Below, one piece after another: positions 26,504-39,791 of a stretch of 63,848 nt of DNA; position 1 is the first letter of the stretch, and each line of letters opens with the position of its first letter. The notes under the pieces were generated by a model. That model did not search any database. It was not told where the DNA came from and was given only the letters and a program-made list of their open reading frames with translations. Source of the stretch: Parasitella parasitica NRRL 2501 (lineage: Eukaryota > Fungi > Mucoromycota); assembly GCA_025201805.1 (NCBI GenBank), contig MU619324.1:39834-103681 (forward strand), written 5' to 3'. Made by a program: the position numbers and the translations under genes.

Positions 26504-27479
26504 AAATGCATACATGTAAAAACTGCACATACTTTTTTAATCTGCTCAAACCCTTTCAGTAAGGCTTATATATTTATGTATATCCAATGAGTAATACGTC
26601 TACTCGTAATAAATTAACGAGCCTCACTCTGTTGACCTGATATTGTTGATGATAAGACCCTGTTTAAATGGCCTCAAATCAGAACATGTAATACGTAGTG
26701 ATGGGATGGCCACTCTTGCAACGATCTCTACGACAAGAGGTCGTATCTTGGACGAGTTTTCTTTTGTTTGCTACATTTTTGGATGCGCGCCAACTCTAGA
26801 TTTCTTTTGGCTATATGATTTTATGCAATTTTCCTTCAAGCTTCTTTTTGGCTGCTGGAACAGTGCACCGGCATAGTCATGATCTTGGTGCTTATAAAGT
26901 ATGTACGGACAGTGTTATTGTCTACCAAGGGCCTTATTAAAATCAAAAGTATGAATTGCACCTGAAAACAACAAATTTGGCTCCGCTGATGAAAAAGAAC
27001 AACAACAACATTGATTGTTCATACAGTCGTACCTCCCCTTTATTCAACTTGCAGTCGCGTAGCGTCTTGTAATAGTAAATGTTATTGTCTTGCTTCTCTG
27101 CGTAAAAAAAGGCCAACCATGTACGTAGCGAGCACTTGACTGCAATTGACCCTGCAAAATGCAGCCGCTAAGCTTTGAAAAGTGGTGCATTGTGTGAAAT
27201 CAGCACTATGGATATACAGAGAGCCTTTATTAGGCGCATTATATTCAGCAAGTGCCTATCTGTTATACGGGGCCATTGCTCATGATATATGCACGTTCCT
27301 TGATCAAAATTTCGGCATCTGATTTTTAGCCATCCGCAACCTCTCTCCACAATATAGGGTCGCTTTACCCAATGCAGAATACATACACATTTTTCCCTCT
27401 ATTTTTATTTATTTATTTCTTTACCCCCACCTCCCCCCACCCCACCCCTCTTCTTCTTTTTCAACACTCTCAAACAAAC

Positions 27480-28557
27480 ATGGCTTCAGCAAAAGCTGTC
27501 CAGATATCCAAAGACATAGATATCGCTCGTTGCAGCGGAAACTGGGTTGTGATACCCGAGTTGGCACGACGATACAAGAAATACTACTCTGAAGGAATTG
27601 GCAAGTTGCAAACGTTTCTCAACCGTCCTCATTGACAACGGCGTGTATGCGCATATCATTAACGCTTAAATCTAGTGCTGGAGCAAACTGTGCTGGCAGA
27701 AATCAGTCTAATCCAAATAATCCAAAATGCACGCTCAAACAACTCTACAAACTATCGCACCGATGATCCGTACCATGTCAGCATCGAGGGCCGTCTGGAT
27801 CCAAGCCTAGTCAAGCCAATCCAAAACCAACTCATCGCTGCCATCCAAGTACCTGATCCGAATGACATCCATGCAACTCAAAAAGAGGTAGGTGTATACG
27901 ACGTCCGACATCATCAGACACATGGTGCTCACCTACGCTTGTCTTGCAGTTTGCAAAGATCGTCTTGGCTAGATCCTACTTTGAGTGTGGCGAATACGAA
28001 GCGGCCATAAACATCATTGCCCAGCTCTCGTTCGAGAAGGAACATGTAAGTCAGGGCTACGGCTTGGTACTGTTTTTGCAAGCAAGAGCCATCAAAGGTT
28101 TGTTTGAAGATCCAGGCTTGTTTTTTCATTCATCGGACTGATTGATCATTTACATAGCCATTTCGTACGAATTGACTGGGAATGAGGAAACTGCCATTCA
28201 AATATACGAAGGTGTCGAAGCATTGATATCAGAGAGCACGGCTGTAAAATCCAAATCGCTGATTGAATGGTCAGAGGAATCGTTATATAGAGCAACTCTC
28301 TTGGGATTAAAGGAAGAGTAAGTTTTTTTTTTTGAGGGAGAGATGGGGATATGTCTAAAGTGTGATTTTTTTTTATTGCCAGTTCTCCGGTGAGTACCTC
28401 CTCCCTATTGGAATTCATGCGACAGTATCAGAAAATCACAACTCTTCAGCCGACAATTTGGCGCATACAAAAGCGAATGACCGTAACACGCCACTCGCTC
28501 CAATACGTATCGCTCATGTATCGCCAAGGCCGGTACTGCCTTCCTGCAGCAAACTTC

Positions 28558-28591
<34 letters not shown>

Positions 28592-31049
28592 CCGAAGATG
28601 GCGAAATCGATCCACAGCTATCAAGACACATGTTTATCATCGAGCAATCGCAGCTGCACACAATTTACGAAAAAATGTTGTATCTCGACGTCCCGCTACC
28701 AAAGGCAGGCCAAGTGAACGAGCGTGTGCTGGATTTTGTCGATCAATTCGCGAGCGATTTTGAGCTGATTGGTACCTCTGCGCATGATTTACGAGGTTTT
28801 GTGGAAGCGCTAGATAGAGCATCTCAGCGAACTTTCAACTCGCCACTGATAACCCGCCACTTGTTTCTTGCTTTGGTACGTTTGGGGGAATTTGAAGAGG
28901 CCGAGCATGCACTTCAGTCATACCTCTACTTGGTGGGGTTAGTGTCCCATGGCTGGAAGGAAACGCACCGTGATGGAGCAGCGCTTGCGACTGATAAAGC
29001 TGGCCTCAACATGCCCGTGCCTGTAGCCCGTCCAGACATCAGCACAGACGAGTTGGAGCAAACCTTGCCTGAAAGTCGTGAGTCCATTGTGGGGGATATC
29101 TCTGCCATAAAGAGTTCCGAGAAAGAGGAGATTGGGGACACGCTTCATGTACTAAACACTGCTATTAAAATGTACTGCAACGATCTGTGTCGAGGTGTGG
29201 ATGCTGTTGAAATGGCAGAAATTGCAAAGGAGCTGTTTCAAAAGCAGACCAAACGAGATCGCACGACCTCGTTATTGAAAATTGGCGCCGATGTGTACCG
29301 CTCTGTGGGCGTTGCGTATGGACTATTAGGATACCAAACGTTTGACCCAGAGTTGAGGCCGAGCTACCACGAAAGGGCTCTCCACTATCTCAAGCGTTCG
29401 GCAGAGCTGAATAGTCAGTCTTGGGAAATCAACTACCAGCTGGCGCTTCAACAGGCAGAGATGCATGATACAAGACAAGCAGTACAATCCATCACCATTG
29501 CTATTCAGCGGAACCCTACTCACGTTACGCTGTGGCACTTGCTCACGCTACTGATCTCTTGTCCCGCCCAGAATGACTACCAACATGCGCTTAAAACCTG
29601 CGAAATGGGCGTACAGCAAGCTCCTGAAACAAGCGACGAAGACTATGCTGATGCTGAACAACACATGGTGTACCAAATGACGAGGACTTTGCTTCTGCAA
29701 GCGCTGCACGGACCCGACGTAGCACTAGAGTCTTCAGAGACCTTGTTCGCTTCTTATCGTAAAATTGCCATCCCTGAAGCTTCAGTGAGCTCAAATTCCG
29801 AGTCTACTTATGGCGGTGCACATAATGGTATGATTATCTCGGGCTCGTTGGGCAACCTAAGCGAACTGAATACAGCGAGAAGAGGTAGGAGTGCAAGCAG
29901 CAGTATGGTACATCATCCCTCCAGCGTTAATGTTGTCGCATCCACCTCCACCGGCAACCTGGGATCTCGATCGCACGACAATGTGCATACAACCGGCAGT
30001 GAAACCAGGACGCTGACTGCTGGAAGAGCGCGATCTGCCTCCAACCTAACTGTTAATCCATCGCCATTGGGTCCAGGTTCAAGTGGAAACCAGTTGTTGA
30101 CGGTGCCTGATGAAGATGGAAGAGCGCAATTACAACAGCAGCAGCAACAGAACCACCACCAACAACACCACCATCATCATCACATACATGGGCTACATCT
30201 ATTTGGCTCTAGAGGCTCAAGTAGCCGCTCCAAAGTGCCCCATGACAATAGCATCTATAACACTGCCAGTGCTTCCTTGACGTCGAAAGGAAATCTCAGT
30301 AACCAGTCTCTGCCTATCTCGCCTTATGGTAAGTGTGTGCCATGCAAGTCGTAAAGTTTTGATACTAAACCTTGTCAATTTAGATCTCAAGAGCATTGCA
30401 GGCAATTCTGTTGCGTCTCTGCAGAGCCTTTCGCCCTCTGTCGTGAGCATCCAATCCATCTTGCAGCCCAATAACGTCCCAAGCAAGCCCAGCACTCGCA
30501 CCGTTCAAAGAAAAGAAAGATCGGATCGGATACTGTCGGATCTATGGCTGCTCACTGCTAAAATTTTCATCAAGCTGGGAAAACTAGATGAAGCACGCAA
30601 AGCTGTGGAGGAAGCTGAGAACATCAACTGGATTTCCAACCCCCAGGTATGGTGTGTATTGGGTCAGCTCCTGCAGGCTGAAGGCGACCATGAGCAAGCT
30701 CAGGCTGCATTCCAGAAAGCGCTTGTCATTGATCCTCATGACGTTCCTTGCCGTGTATGGCTTGCCAAATCACATTTAGCGCAAGGAAGTCAAGAGATGG
30801 CAGAGGGCATGTTGGATATGATGACCAAATCAAATGGCTGGGATTGTGCCGAAGCATGGTAAACATTCAACACGGTACACGTATGATATCCTCGATGCTA
30901 ACTGTATACGCCATCATAGGTTTCTTCTGAGTGAGATATATAAAAATACGGATAGACTAGATCGAACAAAAGCTTGTTTATTTTATGCTTTAGAATTGGA
31001 ATCTACTACGCCTATTCAGCCATTTTCAGTTCTTACTCGTTATATATAA
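27480..31049 (+). CDS. YPP1: TPR scaffold Ypp1/TTC7-like (PI4-kinase complex subunit)
   Basis: N-terminal IDIARCSGNW..IPELARRYKKY, TPR repeats, C-terminal GWDCAEAW|FLL...ALELESTTPIQPF; multi-exon. Confidence 0.85.
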
Positions 31050-31142
31050 AGCACTGAATTTGTATAAATAACGTCTATCATTGCTGCAAATGCGGGCTGC
31101 GTGGGGGGGGGGGTATTGATGTACGCAGCTTTTTTTTTTGGA

Positions 31143-31901
31143 CTAGAAAGTTTGACCTGGATCTTGTTGATTACTGCTTTCGTTGAAATTCAACTTTCCC
31201 ATTTCATTAAATGCGCGAGTAAAGAAGGGTCGGATCTCGTTGATTTCCATGAGAGAGAGATTGTTCATACCGAGCCATTTGTCGTCAAGCACGTCCAGAC
31301 CAGCTCTCGATTTGGCCTGTCTTGTTTCTCGAAGATCCTTCAACAGTTTTCTGATCTGCTCTGCATTTGGAATGTCGTCTGAAGCTCTAGCAAAAGATCG
31401 TCAGCATAATGTGTGTATTTCTAAAACTGCTGCGTTTCATACGTTTCCAGCAACATTTGTGATAACTCCATATAATGAAATGGCAATTTACTGAATTCTT
31501 CGTTTTTTTCCTCTTCTTCCTGCCTGTTTTTCAAGTACTCTATACGGCACAAGTTATTCAAAATGATCAAAGGAAGAAAAAAAGTAGCAAGCAACACTTG
31601 CCAACATTGAGCCAGTCAGGACAAACAATGGAGCATTTATCGTTCTTCTTCATCAGCAGAGCAAGCCATATAGGAACCTCGATAGATAGAGGTGGCTGGA
31701 AAGGGCCTATTTTACCCTGTAATCGAGAGTGTCAGAATGGACCGCGTCAGCGAGTTGATGTCTATCCTACATCCTACATACCTGAATAAAGCTCATTTTT
31801 ACAAATTTCACTTTGGGGATGATGCGGATCTTTTCGTTTCCAGCGATAAACTCGATCTCGCTTGGTGTAAACGAAGCATGATGTGTACGTGGCAATGCCA
31901 T
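31143..31901 (-). CDS. PSF2: DNA replication GINS complex subunit Psf2
   Basis: FTPSEIEFIAGNEKIRIIP, GPFQPPLSIEVPIWLALLMKKNDKCSIVCPDWL, LPFHYME, LRETRQAKSRAGL, NNLSLMEINEIRPF. Confidence 0.95.
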
Positions 31902-32042
31902 TTTTTGCGGCCTGCAAGGAAGAAATGCATCGTTTCTGGGACTACAGGGAAAAAGGCAAATAGGTCACCCAAAACTTTCCAATAGACTGCTCAATTGTAT
32001 CAGCTCAGATGATGGCTCAGATTTCACCTTTGTCTCTTTTTT

Positions 32043-34383
32043 ATGGTGCATTTGCCACAGGAGCATGATTATCAAATGGTGCCCATGCACACAAGCCTTT
32101 CCAGGGCCATAAGACAAAGGGGATCACTGGAAGCAAACAGTGCGGCTGGGCTATCGATGCATTCACCGTTTCACTTTACTACCAAAAAGTGGCGCTGGTG
32201 GCATTATGCTTCCACTCTTGTTTCTGTTGTTATATGCGTAGAGTTCATACTGCTTGTAGTCAGTATGGTGCTACTAGCTCTGTCTTCAAATCCAATCACC
32301 TTTCGTAATAGCTTAACCGGCCATCATCTCTACTCTGCTCAGTACTAACCTTTTTTTTTTTTGTTTATTTATTTTCTATATCAATGTGCTAGAGATTCAA
32401 AAGTATCCTAGATTACACTATCAGCCCCTCGACACATCAATGCCAATTACACTAGCGTCGGATAGCAATGTATATCACGTTACAAAAGAATTTGGGCCTG
32501 CTACAATGGGTGGCATGGGCACGGTACTAACAGCCATGACTCAAGCACAATTGCGCACGGGCAGAATACAGCCAAACATCGTGCTACCGTTTTACTCATT
32601 TCTCAAGAAACAGGAGCAATATACCATCAAAAAAACGGTCGACCTGGTACTCACATTTCGAGATAATGGTGGACAGCCTCTGAATGTCGAATTCCGAGTG
32701 TCTGAAATGCAGTATGATTTTGAGCCGATATCCAACTTCAACAGCCTCCCCGACGAGGACAAACAGGCTGCTATAGCGGCGAGCCAGACCAAGCCCAAAG
32801 TCAAGGTGTATTTGATTGGGCCTGGCAAAAGTGAGCCTTTGCAAAAGGCATTCAGAGCAAGCTCCATCACGCAGATCTACTCGTCGCCAAAGGGATTGCC
32901 CCAGGAATGGAAGGACCAGTACTTTACAAAAGCAGCCGCATCGTTTTTGGTCTGGAGAGCCGCAGGAAAACACGAGCAGTCGCTATTTGCACCCCTCAGT
33001 TTGCAGCAGCCCAAAGTTGATGTTGTTCATTTGCACGGTGCGACAAACGCCTATGTGGCAAAATTCCTGTCCGAATACGAAGGCCAATTAGGACCCACTC
33101 CTCCTGCAATCATCTATACAATGCACGACTACTTGGACGAATTACAATATACGAATACACTGCCCAACGTAGAAAAATTCCTCAACACTCCCCGAGATGG
33201 CAAGAGTCTGGAATCCACAGTACACGATGTGCTGGAGCCCTACATGTTTGGCAGTGACAGAGTGTTCATGTCTCCACTGGCAATCGACATTGCAGATACA
33301 GTGACATTTGTCAGCCAAACCATGGCAAAGGACATGGTGGAAGGAGAGCTCGAGTTTTATCTAAAGGAAGTCGCAATGGAGAACATTTTACGAAAGGCCG
33401 AAAACGAGCAGTTTTACGGCGTAAGCAATGGCATCGATTTCGGTGGCAGCATCAACCCTTTTACCGAAAGCAAACTTAGCGACGCGGGTTTGCAGTACTC
33501 TGACTTTGCACGATCCTTGATCAACCAAAAGCTGGATCTGGCCAACGACATGGCAGATGCCGCCTCAGCAACAGTGTCTAAACATTGGAGCCTGTCCTCT
33601 TTTGACGCTGATTATGTGATCAATTCGAAACAGAAGGCAAAGCAGTTCTTGGTAGACCAAGGCATACTGAACGTGGCTGATTTAAACCGCCCACTTGTGT
33701 TATTCGTTGGACGTTTTCAATACAACAAGGGCTTGGAAACATTCAAAGAAGCTGCTCGACTATTCAAGCTACATGACATGAAGTTTGCCATCATTGGACA
33801 GCCCAACAATTACCCCTTAAACTGGGTAAAGCGATTAGCTGCTAAAGATGCAGAGAACATTGTGTTGATTACACATACCAGCGAGCAACAAAAATGGTTG
33901 ATCTTCTTTCGAGCGGCAGCGGATTTTGTATACGTGCCTAGTATCACGGAAAGTTTTGGCCTTGTGGCAGCTGAGGGCCTATTGTTTGGCTCATCAGTCA
34001 TTTCAACAGGTGCAGGCGGGTTGGGCGAGTTCCTCGTAGATCGTCAAGTAGATGTGGACGCGCCTATAGAAATCGTGTCTGAACGTTTGGTAGAGAGTCA
34101 TTATCGATCCAACGCGTACTTGTTTGATTCGTTAGCAACGACTGGAGACATGCAATTATCCCAAGCTGTCTTACAGGCTGCTACTGACTATGAACATATG
34201 CGAAGAATACCAGCTTTGCATGAGACGTACGTATTAAGAATGATGCTGAGTGCTTATAGCTTGGGCTGGGAAAGAGCAGGCCTTGAGCAAGGACCTGTTT
34301 ATGATTATCTGCGTATATACCAACAAGCTATCTACGATAAGCGAGCGAAAAGTGCTTTTGATCTGGATGAGGATGATGATTAG
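32043..34383 (+). CDS. GT-B glycosyltransferase with starch/glycogen-synthase-like (GT5-like) domain and N-terminal transmembrane anchor
   Basis: VTKEFGPATMGGMGTV, DVVHLH, YTMHD, VTFVS, GVSNGID, LFVGRFQYNKG, VPSITESFGLVAAEG; hydrophobic segment in exon 1; intron 32305-32392. Confidence 0.8.
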
Positions 34384-34964
34384 CAGCTTAATGATAACAA
34401 TAACAATAATAGTTAAAAGTGGAAAGTGTCCATCATTCTATGTTTTTTACTACTTGAAATATTTACGCACGATATATAAAAACCTACTAGAGAAATATCT
34501 AATTTTTAGTTATTAGAGAAATAGTTGATCATTCTCCCCCTCCCCCACTTTGTCAAAACTGTTTTTTTCTATGTTTTAGAGCTTAACAATTACATTGAGG
34601 CTCCATCTCATCTACTTTGCTTCAATTTTAGTAGCAGGCTCCTTCTTTTCTATTCCCAAAAATTACTACTCTTTTTTAAAATGCTACAAGAGACTTTTTT
34701 GTCCTGTACAACCATGCGCATTTGAAATTGACATTAAGCAAAGTACAAAAAGCAGGCTAAAAAAACTATAATATTTGAAACTTGGAGAGATTGTGTCTCC
34801 AATTTGCTAAAATAACAATTTATTAGAAATGAAGGTGTAACAAGATGGAAAAGTGTGAATTAAAAAGGTAAAAGCGAATAGGCTTTTTTGGTCTTTCCCT
34901 CTCTCTTTCCCTCTCTCTCTCTCTCTCTCTCTCTCTCCTCCACGCTTTTGCTGAAAGGGAAAAT

Positions 34965-36214
34965 ATGAATTTTGATCATTTACCAACATTAGAGCCAAAG
35001 GGCGACCGTTTTTCCAGACAAGGAGCAAGCAATAATAGAGATTTTTTTAGCAGTAATTCTTCAGCTGAGCGAGATGAAGAAGGACCCTTAAAAAGTAGGT
35101 CTTTAGTTTGGCTGTGTGGCATACGCCGATAACATAATATACATAGACTTCTTCTCTAGCAGAAAATTACCCGCACTTGACTCATTATCACAGCAGCAGC
35201 AGCAGCAGCAGCAGCAAGATGATTATATTCGTATCAAACTCTCGGGAATGTCCGTATGTGTTTCACCAGATTCCCCTCGTGGCCAAAGTATGCTAGAACG
35301 TGTTTCTGCAAATGAACACTTTCCTTCTTCTACTAGTGCTATGAAACCATTTGACCCTGTAAGGCCAAGCACTCCATTGAGGCGAATCATTGAGGATAAT
35401 AACGGACGTCGACATTCTATAGCCAATATGGATTCAAATCGACAAAATCATGGTTGGTATTATAAGACTATACATAATATTAATGTATGGCATAATTAAC
35501 CTCACAAATATAATACTATGATACTGTAGCAACCATGTCTTCCACGTTTCATCATCACTACAATCATAAGCAACATTACCATCACCATGCATCTTTCCCT
35601 GGGCACTATTCAGCACCATCTAGCCCACCGCTTCAACCTACATCAAGGACAACACCGTATACAGCAACACCTCTCCAAAGCATTCACTCCACTCGACGAA
35701 ATTCAACTGCATTAATCCATCGTAAAAAAAGTACCCTAGAGACTAGACGCATGTCGCTTGTAAGTTGGGGGGGGTTTTTTCTGCCTTTTTTAAATTGTAT
35801 CTTGTCTAATTATCTATATAAATGTAATAGAATAATCAACAATATTCTCGGAACAGCCATATGGGGAAACCCGCTGAGGAGGAGCACATCAAAGACGATA
35901 TGGAAGGTCTATATTCAAGAAGTCCAGAGCTTCGCATCAGCCACAAATTAGCAGAGCGAAAGAGAAGGAAAGAAATGAAGGATTTATTCGAGGAATTAAG
36001 AAACGCATTGCCAGTGGACAAAACTCTCAAAACCAGTAAATGGGAAATTCTGAGCAAAGGTTAGTATATGCAGAAATCAAAACAGTAACTCGTATTAAAA
36101 CCCCATCTTGCGCACACAGCTGTCGAATACATATCTTTATTAAGAGATAGAGATCAAAACATGGAGCGAGAGTTGATCTCACTTAAGCATCAACTGGAGG
36201 ATTTGAAAAAATAA
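34965..36214 (+). CDS. bHLH transcription factor
   Basis: [49 protein letters not shown]|AVEYI; multi-exon. Confidence 0.88.
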
Positions 36215-36218
36215 AATT

Positions 36219-37204
36219 CTACACACTTGGAGCAAAATATTTTGGCATGGATTCCCAAACAGTTTCAGGTTTGTTCCAGTAAATAAACTGAGAGCAGATC
36301 CTTTGCTTATCTGCAGGAACAAGAGAGAAATGTCGCTCTAAGCCTTTCTCTTGACGCATGAAAAACGCATCTGTCTTTCTCAATCGGGTTGCAGGGCAAA
36401 AATCATTTTTTCCGTCTCCTGTATACGCAATCTTTTTGAGAGACCCGCCACCACCATACCGTTCGATGATCTGATCCAACTCCTTTCCTTTGCAGATATT
36501 AAGTGAACATAGATTCTGGCAATTATGCTGTGGTGCAGAGGCAGAGATATAGCGTTGAACCCGAAGTCTTCCCTGGCCATCTTTGTAGCTTGGATTTGTA
36601 ACTATTTCCGTGACACAGTCGCTCACGTTGTATGCCTTATGGATCGCAATACAGTTAGAATATAATAACACCCTCCCTCTCTCTCTCTTTTTTTTTTTTG
36701 CTTACATTTAGGATTGTTTCGATATAAAATGTATTTGCGTCTGAGAGCAAAATGACAGGTACATTTCTTGATTTCAAATCCATCAGCACATTGCGCATCT
36801 CTTCCGTCTATCAAGAGTGTGAAAACGGCTGTTTTGTAGCGCAATATACATTACTTACAAATGGAATGTTACTCAGTGCGGCAGCTATGTCATCAATGGT
36901 AAATCCAGCCTCTTGTAATCTGCATAGAGCATGGTCCCTGTATGTAAATAAATAGATCAGTAGAAATGTTTTGGGTTTATTTAAAACCACTCACATTAGA
37001 TCTGTCCATTGAATTTCAAGTCTTTTGTCACACACTTCTTGCCAAATCTCGGGCGAAAGACTATGAATGGTCCAATAGTCGCTGTCCTGCTCAATAAGCG
37101 ACCTTGATAACAGACTGTGTAAAAGATCACTGGGATTCCCGAGATGTCATTCCGTTTGAAACTTACCAGTCAAAATCAAATACAGCTATATTTTCCACTA
37201 CCAT
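36219..37204 (-). CDS. HAD-family phosphatase, PHOSPHO1/PHOSPHO2-like
   Basis: AVFDFDW|SLIEQDSD, ILLSDANTFYIETIL, NICKG, YTGDGKNDFCP; multi-exon. Confidence 0.88.
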
Positions 37205-37468
37205 AAAAAGGAAGAAGAAAACGAAAACGAAACAAAGAGAAAAAGAGAAAAAGAAAAGATGGACTAAAATAAAATCACAACTTATGCGGTTCTTTTTATA
37301 CAATCCATAATACGATGAGTCTACAGCAGCATGTGTCATCTTGCATCTTTGAAAGCCAGTTGCTCTCTACTTGCAACTTTTTTTTTTTTTTACGGTACCC
37401 TTCTTTGTAACATACAAACCAACCAAAAGCCAATTCGATTGACCGTGGAGAAACTTTATCGTGGAATA

Positions 37469-38413
37469 ATGTCTGTTCGTCGGAGCCCAAGGAAAACGCA
37501 CGTTGCTGCCGTTGCAAAAGACGAAATGTCCTCAATCACAAATGTGAAACGACCCATCAAGCAAGACCCAGATGCGGCATTTGCATCCATTAAAAAGACC
37601 AAGATACAAGCCGTCAAGAAAGAAGAAAACCCAGGACATGGCACATTGCTTTCAAACCGCAAAGATACCATGGAACCACCTCCAAATTGGAGCATAGTCT
37701 ATGATTTATTAGAAGCACTACGCCAAAGGGAAAAGGCGCCAGTGGACACCATGGGATGTGAGAGGTTAGCGGAGAAGACGGCTGCGCCAATTGTCCAGAG
37801 ATTTCAGACGCTAGTTGCTCTTATGCTATCATCACAGACAAAGGACACTGTGACCAGTGTGACAGTACGAAAATTACAAGCAGAGCTACCAGGAGGCCTG
37901 TGTCTGCAAGATATACTCGATATAGATGTAATGACGTTGAACAGCATGATCGCCAAAGTCGGCTTCCACACAAAGAAGGCGTCCTACCTCAAACGCACAG
38001 CTGAAATACTACGAGACCAGTATAATGGAGACATTCCAGACAACATAGACAGTCTAACATCGCTACCAGGAGTTGGGCCGAAAATGGGATACTTGACATT
38101 GCAAGTAGCGTGGAACAAGAATATGGGTATTGGAGTAGATGTGCATGTTCACAGAATATGCAATCGATTGGGCTGGGTCAAGACAAGCACGCCTGAAAAA
38201 ACTAGGGAAAGCCTTGAATCTTGGCTGCCAAAAGATAAATGGAGAAGCATCAACCCAATTATGGTGGGTTATGGACAGATTGTATGTTTGCCTAGAGGTC
38301 CCAGATGTGATATCTGTCCTGTGAGTCAATACTGTCCATCGTCAGAAGTAAAGAAAGTTGTCAAGAAAATTAAAAAGGTTGAATCCGTCTATTTTAAAGA
38401 CAAAGAATTGTAG
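37469..38413 (+). CDS. NTH1: Endonuclease III-like DNA glycosylase/AP lyase (HhH-GPD with 4Fe-4S cluster)
   Basis: APVDTMGCE, LMLSSQTKD, SLPGVGPKMGYL, GIGVDVHVHRI, C-x6-C-x2-C-x5-C. Confidence 0.93.
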   Translation: MSVRRSPRKTHVAAVAKDEMSSITNVKRPIKQDPDAAFASIKKTKIQAVKKEENPGHGTLLSNRKDTMEPPPNWSIVYDLLEALRQREKAPVDTMGCERLAEKTAAPIVQRFQTLVALMLSSQTKDTVTSVTVRKLQAELPGGLCLQDILDIDVMTLNSMIAKVGFHTKKASYLKRTAEILRDQYNGDIPDNIDSLTSLPGVGPKMGYLTLQVAWNKNMGIGVDVHVHRICNRLGWVKTSTPEKTRESLESWLPKDKWRSINPIMVGYGQIVCLPRGPRCDICPVSQYCPSSEVKKVVKKIKKVESVYFKDKEL

Positions 38414-38599
38414 TATGTAGCTATTAAAGGATAATTTGATTTAGAAAATACATTTGCTGGACACTGCTGTCATAAGTTGTGAATTAGACGGGAATTTAGA
38501 GGAATGAGTAGACAATTAGTTTCGTTCGTAATCTTCATACAAAACTCGCAAATTTTTGTATTCCTTATCTTCTTTTCTAATATTACATATATACATTCA

Positions 38600-39781
38600 A
38601 TGGAGTCCTCACGAAAGAGATTACTGGATCTACTAATTTTGAAAAAAGAAGAACTAAAAAATAAAAAGGCAAGAAAACAGCAAAGTCATCCAACAAAAAA
38701 AAGAGCTGTGGCAGATGCACAACCTGAGCAACTTGAGAAAAGTACCTAATATACTAGAAATGCTCTACGATATGCGTGATCTCAGTACTGATTGTGCATT
38801 CGTATAGAACAAGGATCTCTTAGGAAGGAACAAGAAGGTAAGCAGGAATCGACCAGTAACCCAAGGAAGGAGGAGGAGGAGCGCCAGAAAGAAAAAGTTA
38901 TAAAATCAGATGCAACTGTACCAGAGAGCGGTGAAATGCAGCAAGAGAAGCAGAAAGAAAGCACCAAAAAGAAACCAGACAATAAAGCTATTAAAGATCA
39001 ATCATCATCGGATATTTCTACGGGAACAGAGCGTGATAGTAGTGATGATATCTGGATTCAGGGCAAAGACAAAGAAAAAACTATTCATCAGCAGGGCCAC
39101 GAAAAACAAGAGCTTGAGCAAAATCATTCCGCAGAGGAAAGTAGGAGCAAAATTGACAAGCCAAACAAATCTGAGCACCAAGAAGAACCAGAACAACACA
39201 AAGAGAAACAAGAGCATCATCAACAGAGTGATCATCAACAGAAACAGGGTCAGCATGAGGAGCACGAGCAAGACAAGCATCAGGAAAACAAACAGCAACA
39301 TCAACAGGAGAAAAAACCTGACGAGCAAGACAAGAAGCAACATGGGCATGACGAGCAAGTAAAACACGCTGGGACGGAACAAGACACTATGCAAGAGGAA
39401 CGTGCAAAACAGAAGGATCAGAAAGACGCTCGTCCAGCACAAGATGATACTGCTATCAAGCAACAGCATAATACCGAACAGCCATCAAACGAGTTGTCAT
39501 GGCAACCAGATCAGGCACCATCACTGCAATTTACAGAGGGCAATTTACTTCAGACTGAGGAGCAATTTAATATGGATCAAGTAAAAACGGCTGCTGTAGA
39601 ATCATTTTTCGAAGGTTATGGTATCGCAGCAGGACATGCCGAAGATGAATTTGGAGGTTTAGGCTTAATTGGCGTATTTGAAGAAAGTAGTGCAAGCTCA
39701 TTAGACGCTTCATGTAGACTGAACATATTGGCCATTATATCTGTTTTAATGCTTTACTACTTTTTTATACATAAAAAATAA
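38600..39781 (+). CDS. Hypothetical Q/E/K/H-rich low-complexity protein
   Basis: Short first exon MESSRKRLLDLL... spliced to a ~320-codon open frame; no recognisable domain; 3' end uncertain. Confidence 0.55.
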
Positions 39782-39791
39782 AGATTTGTAG

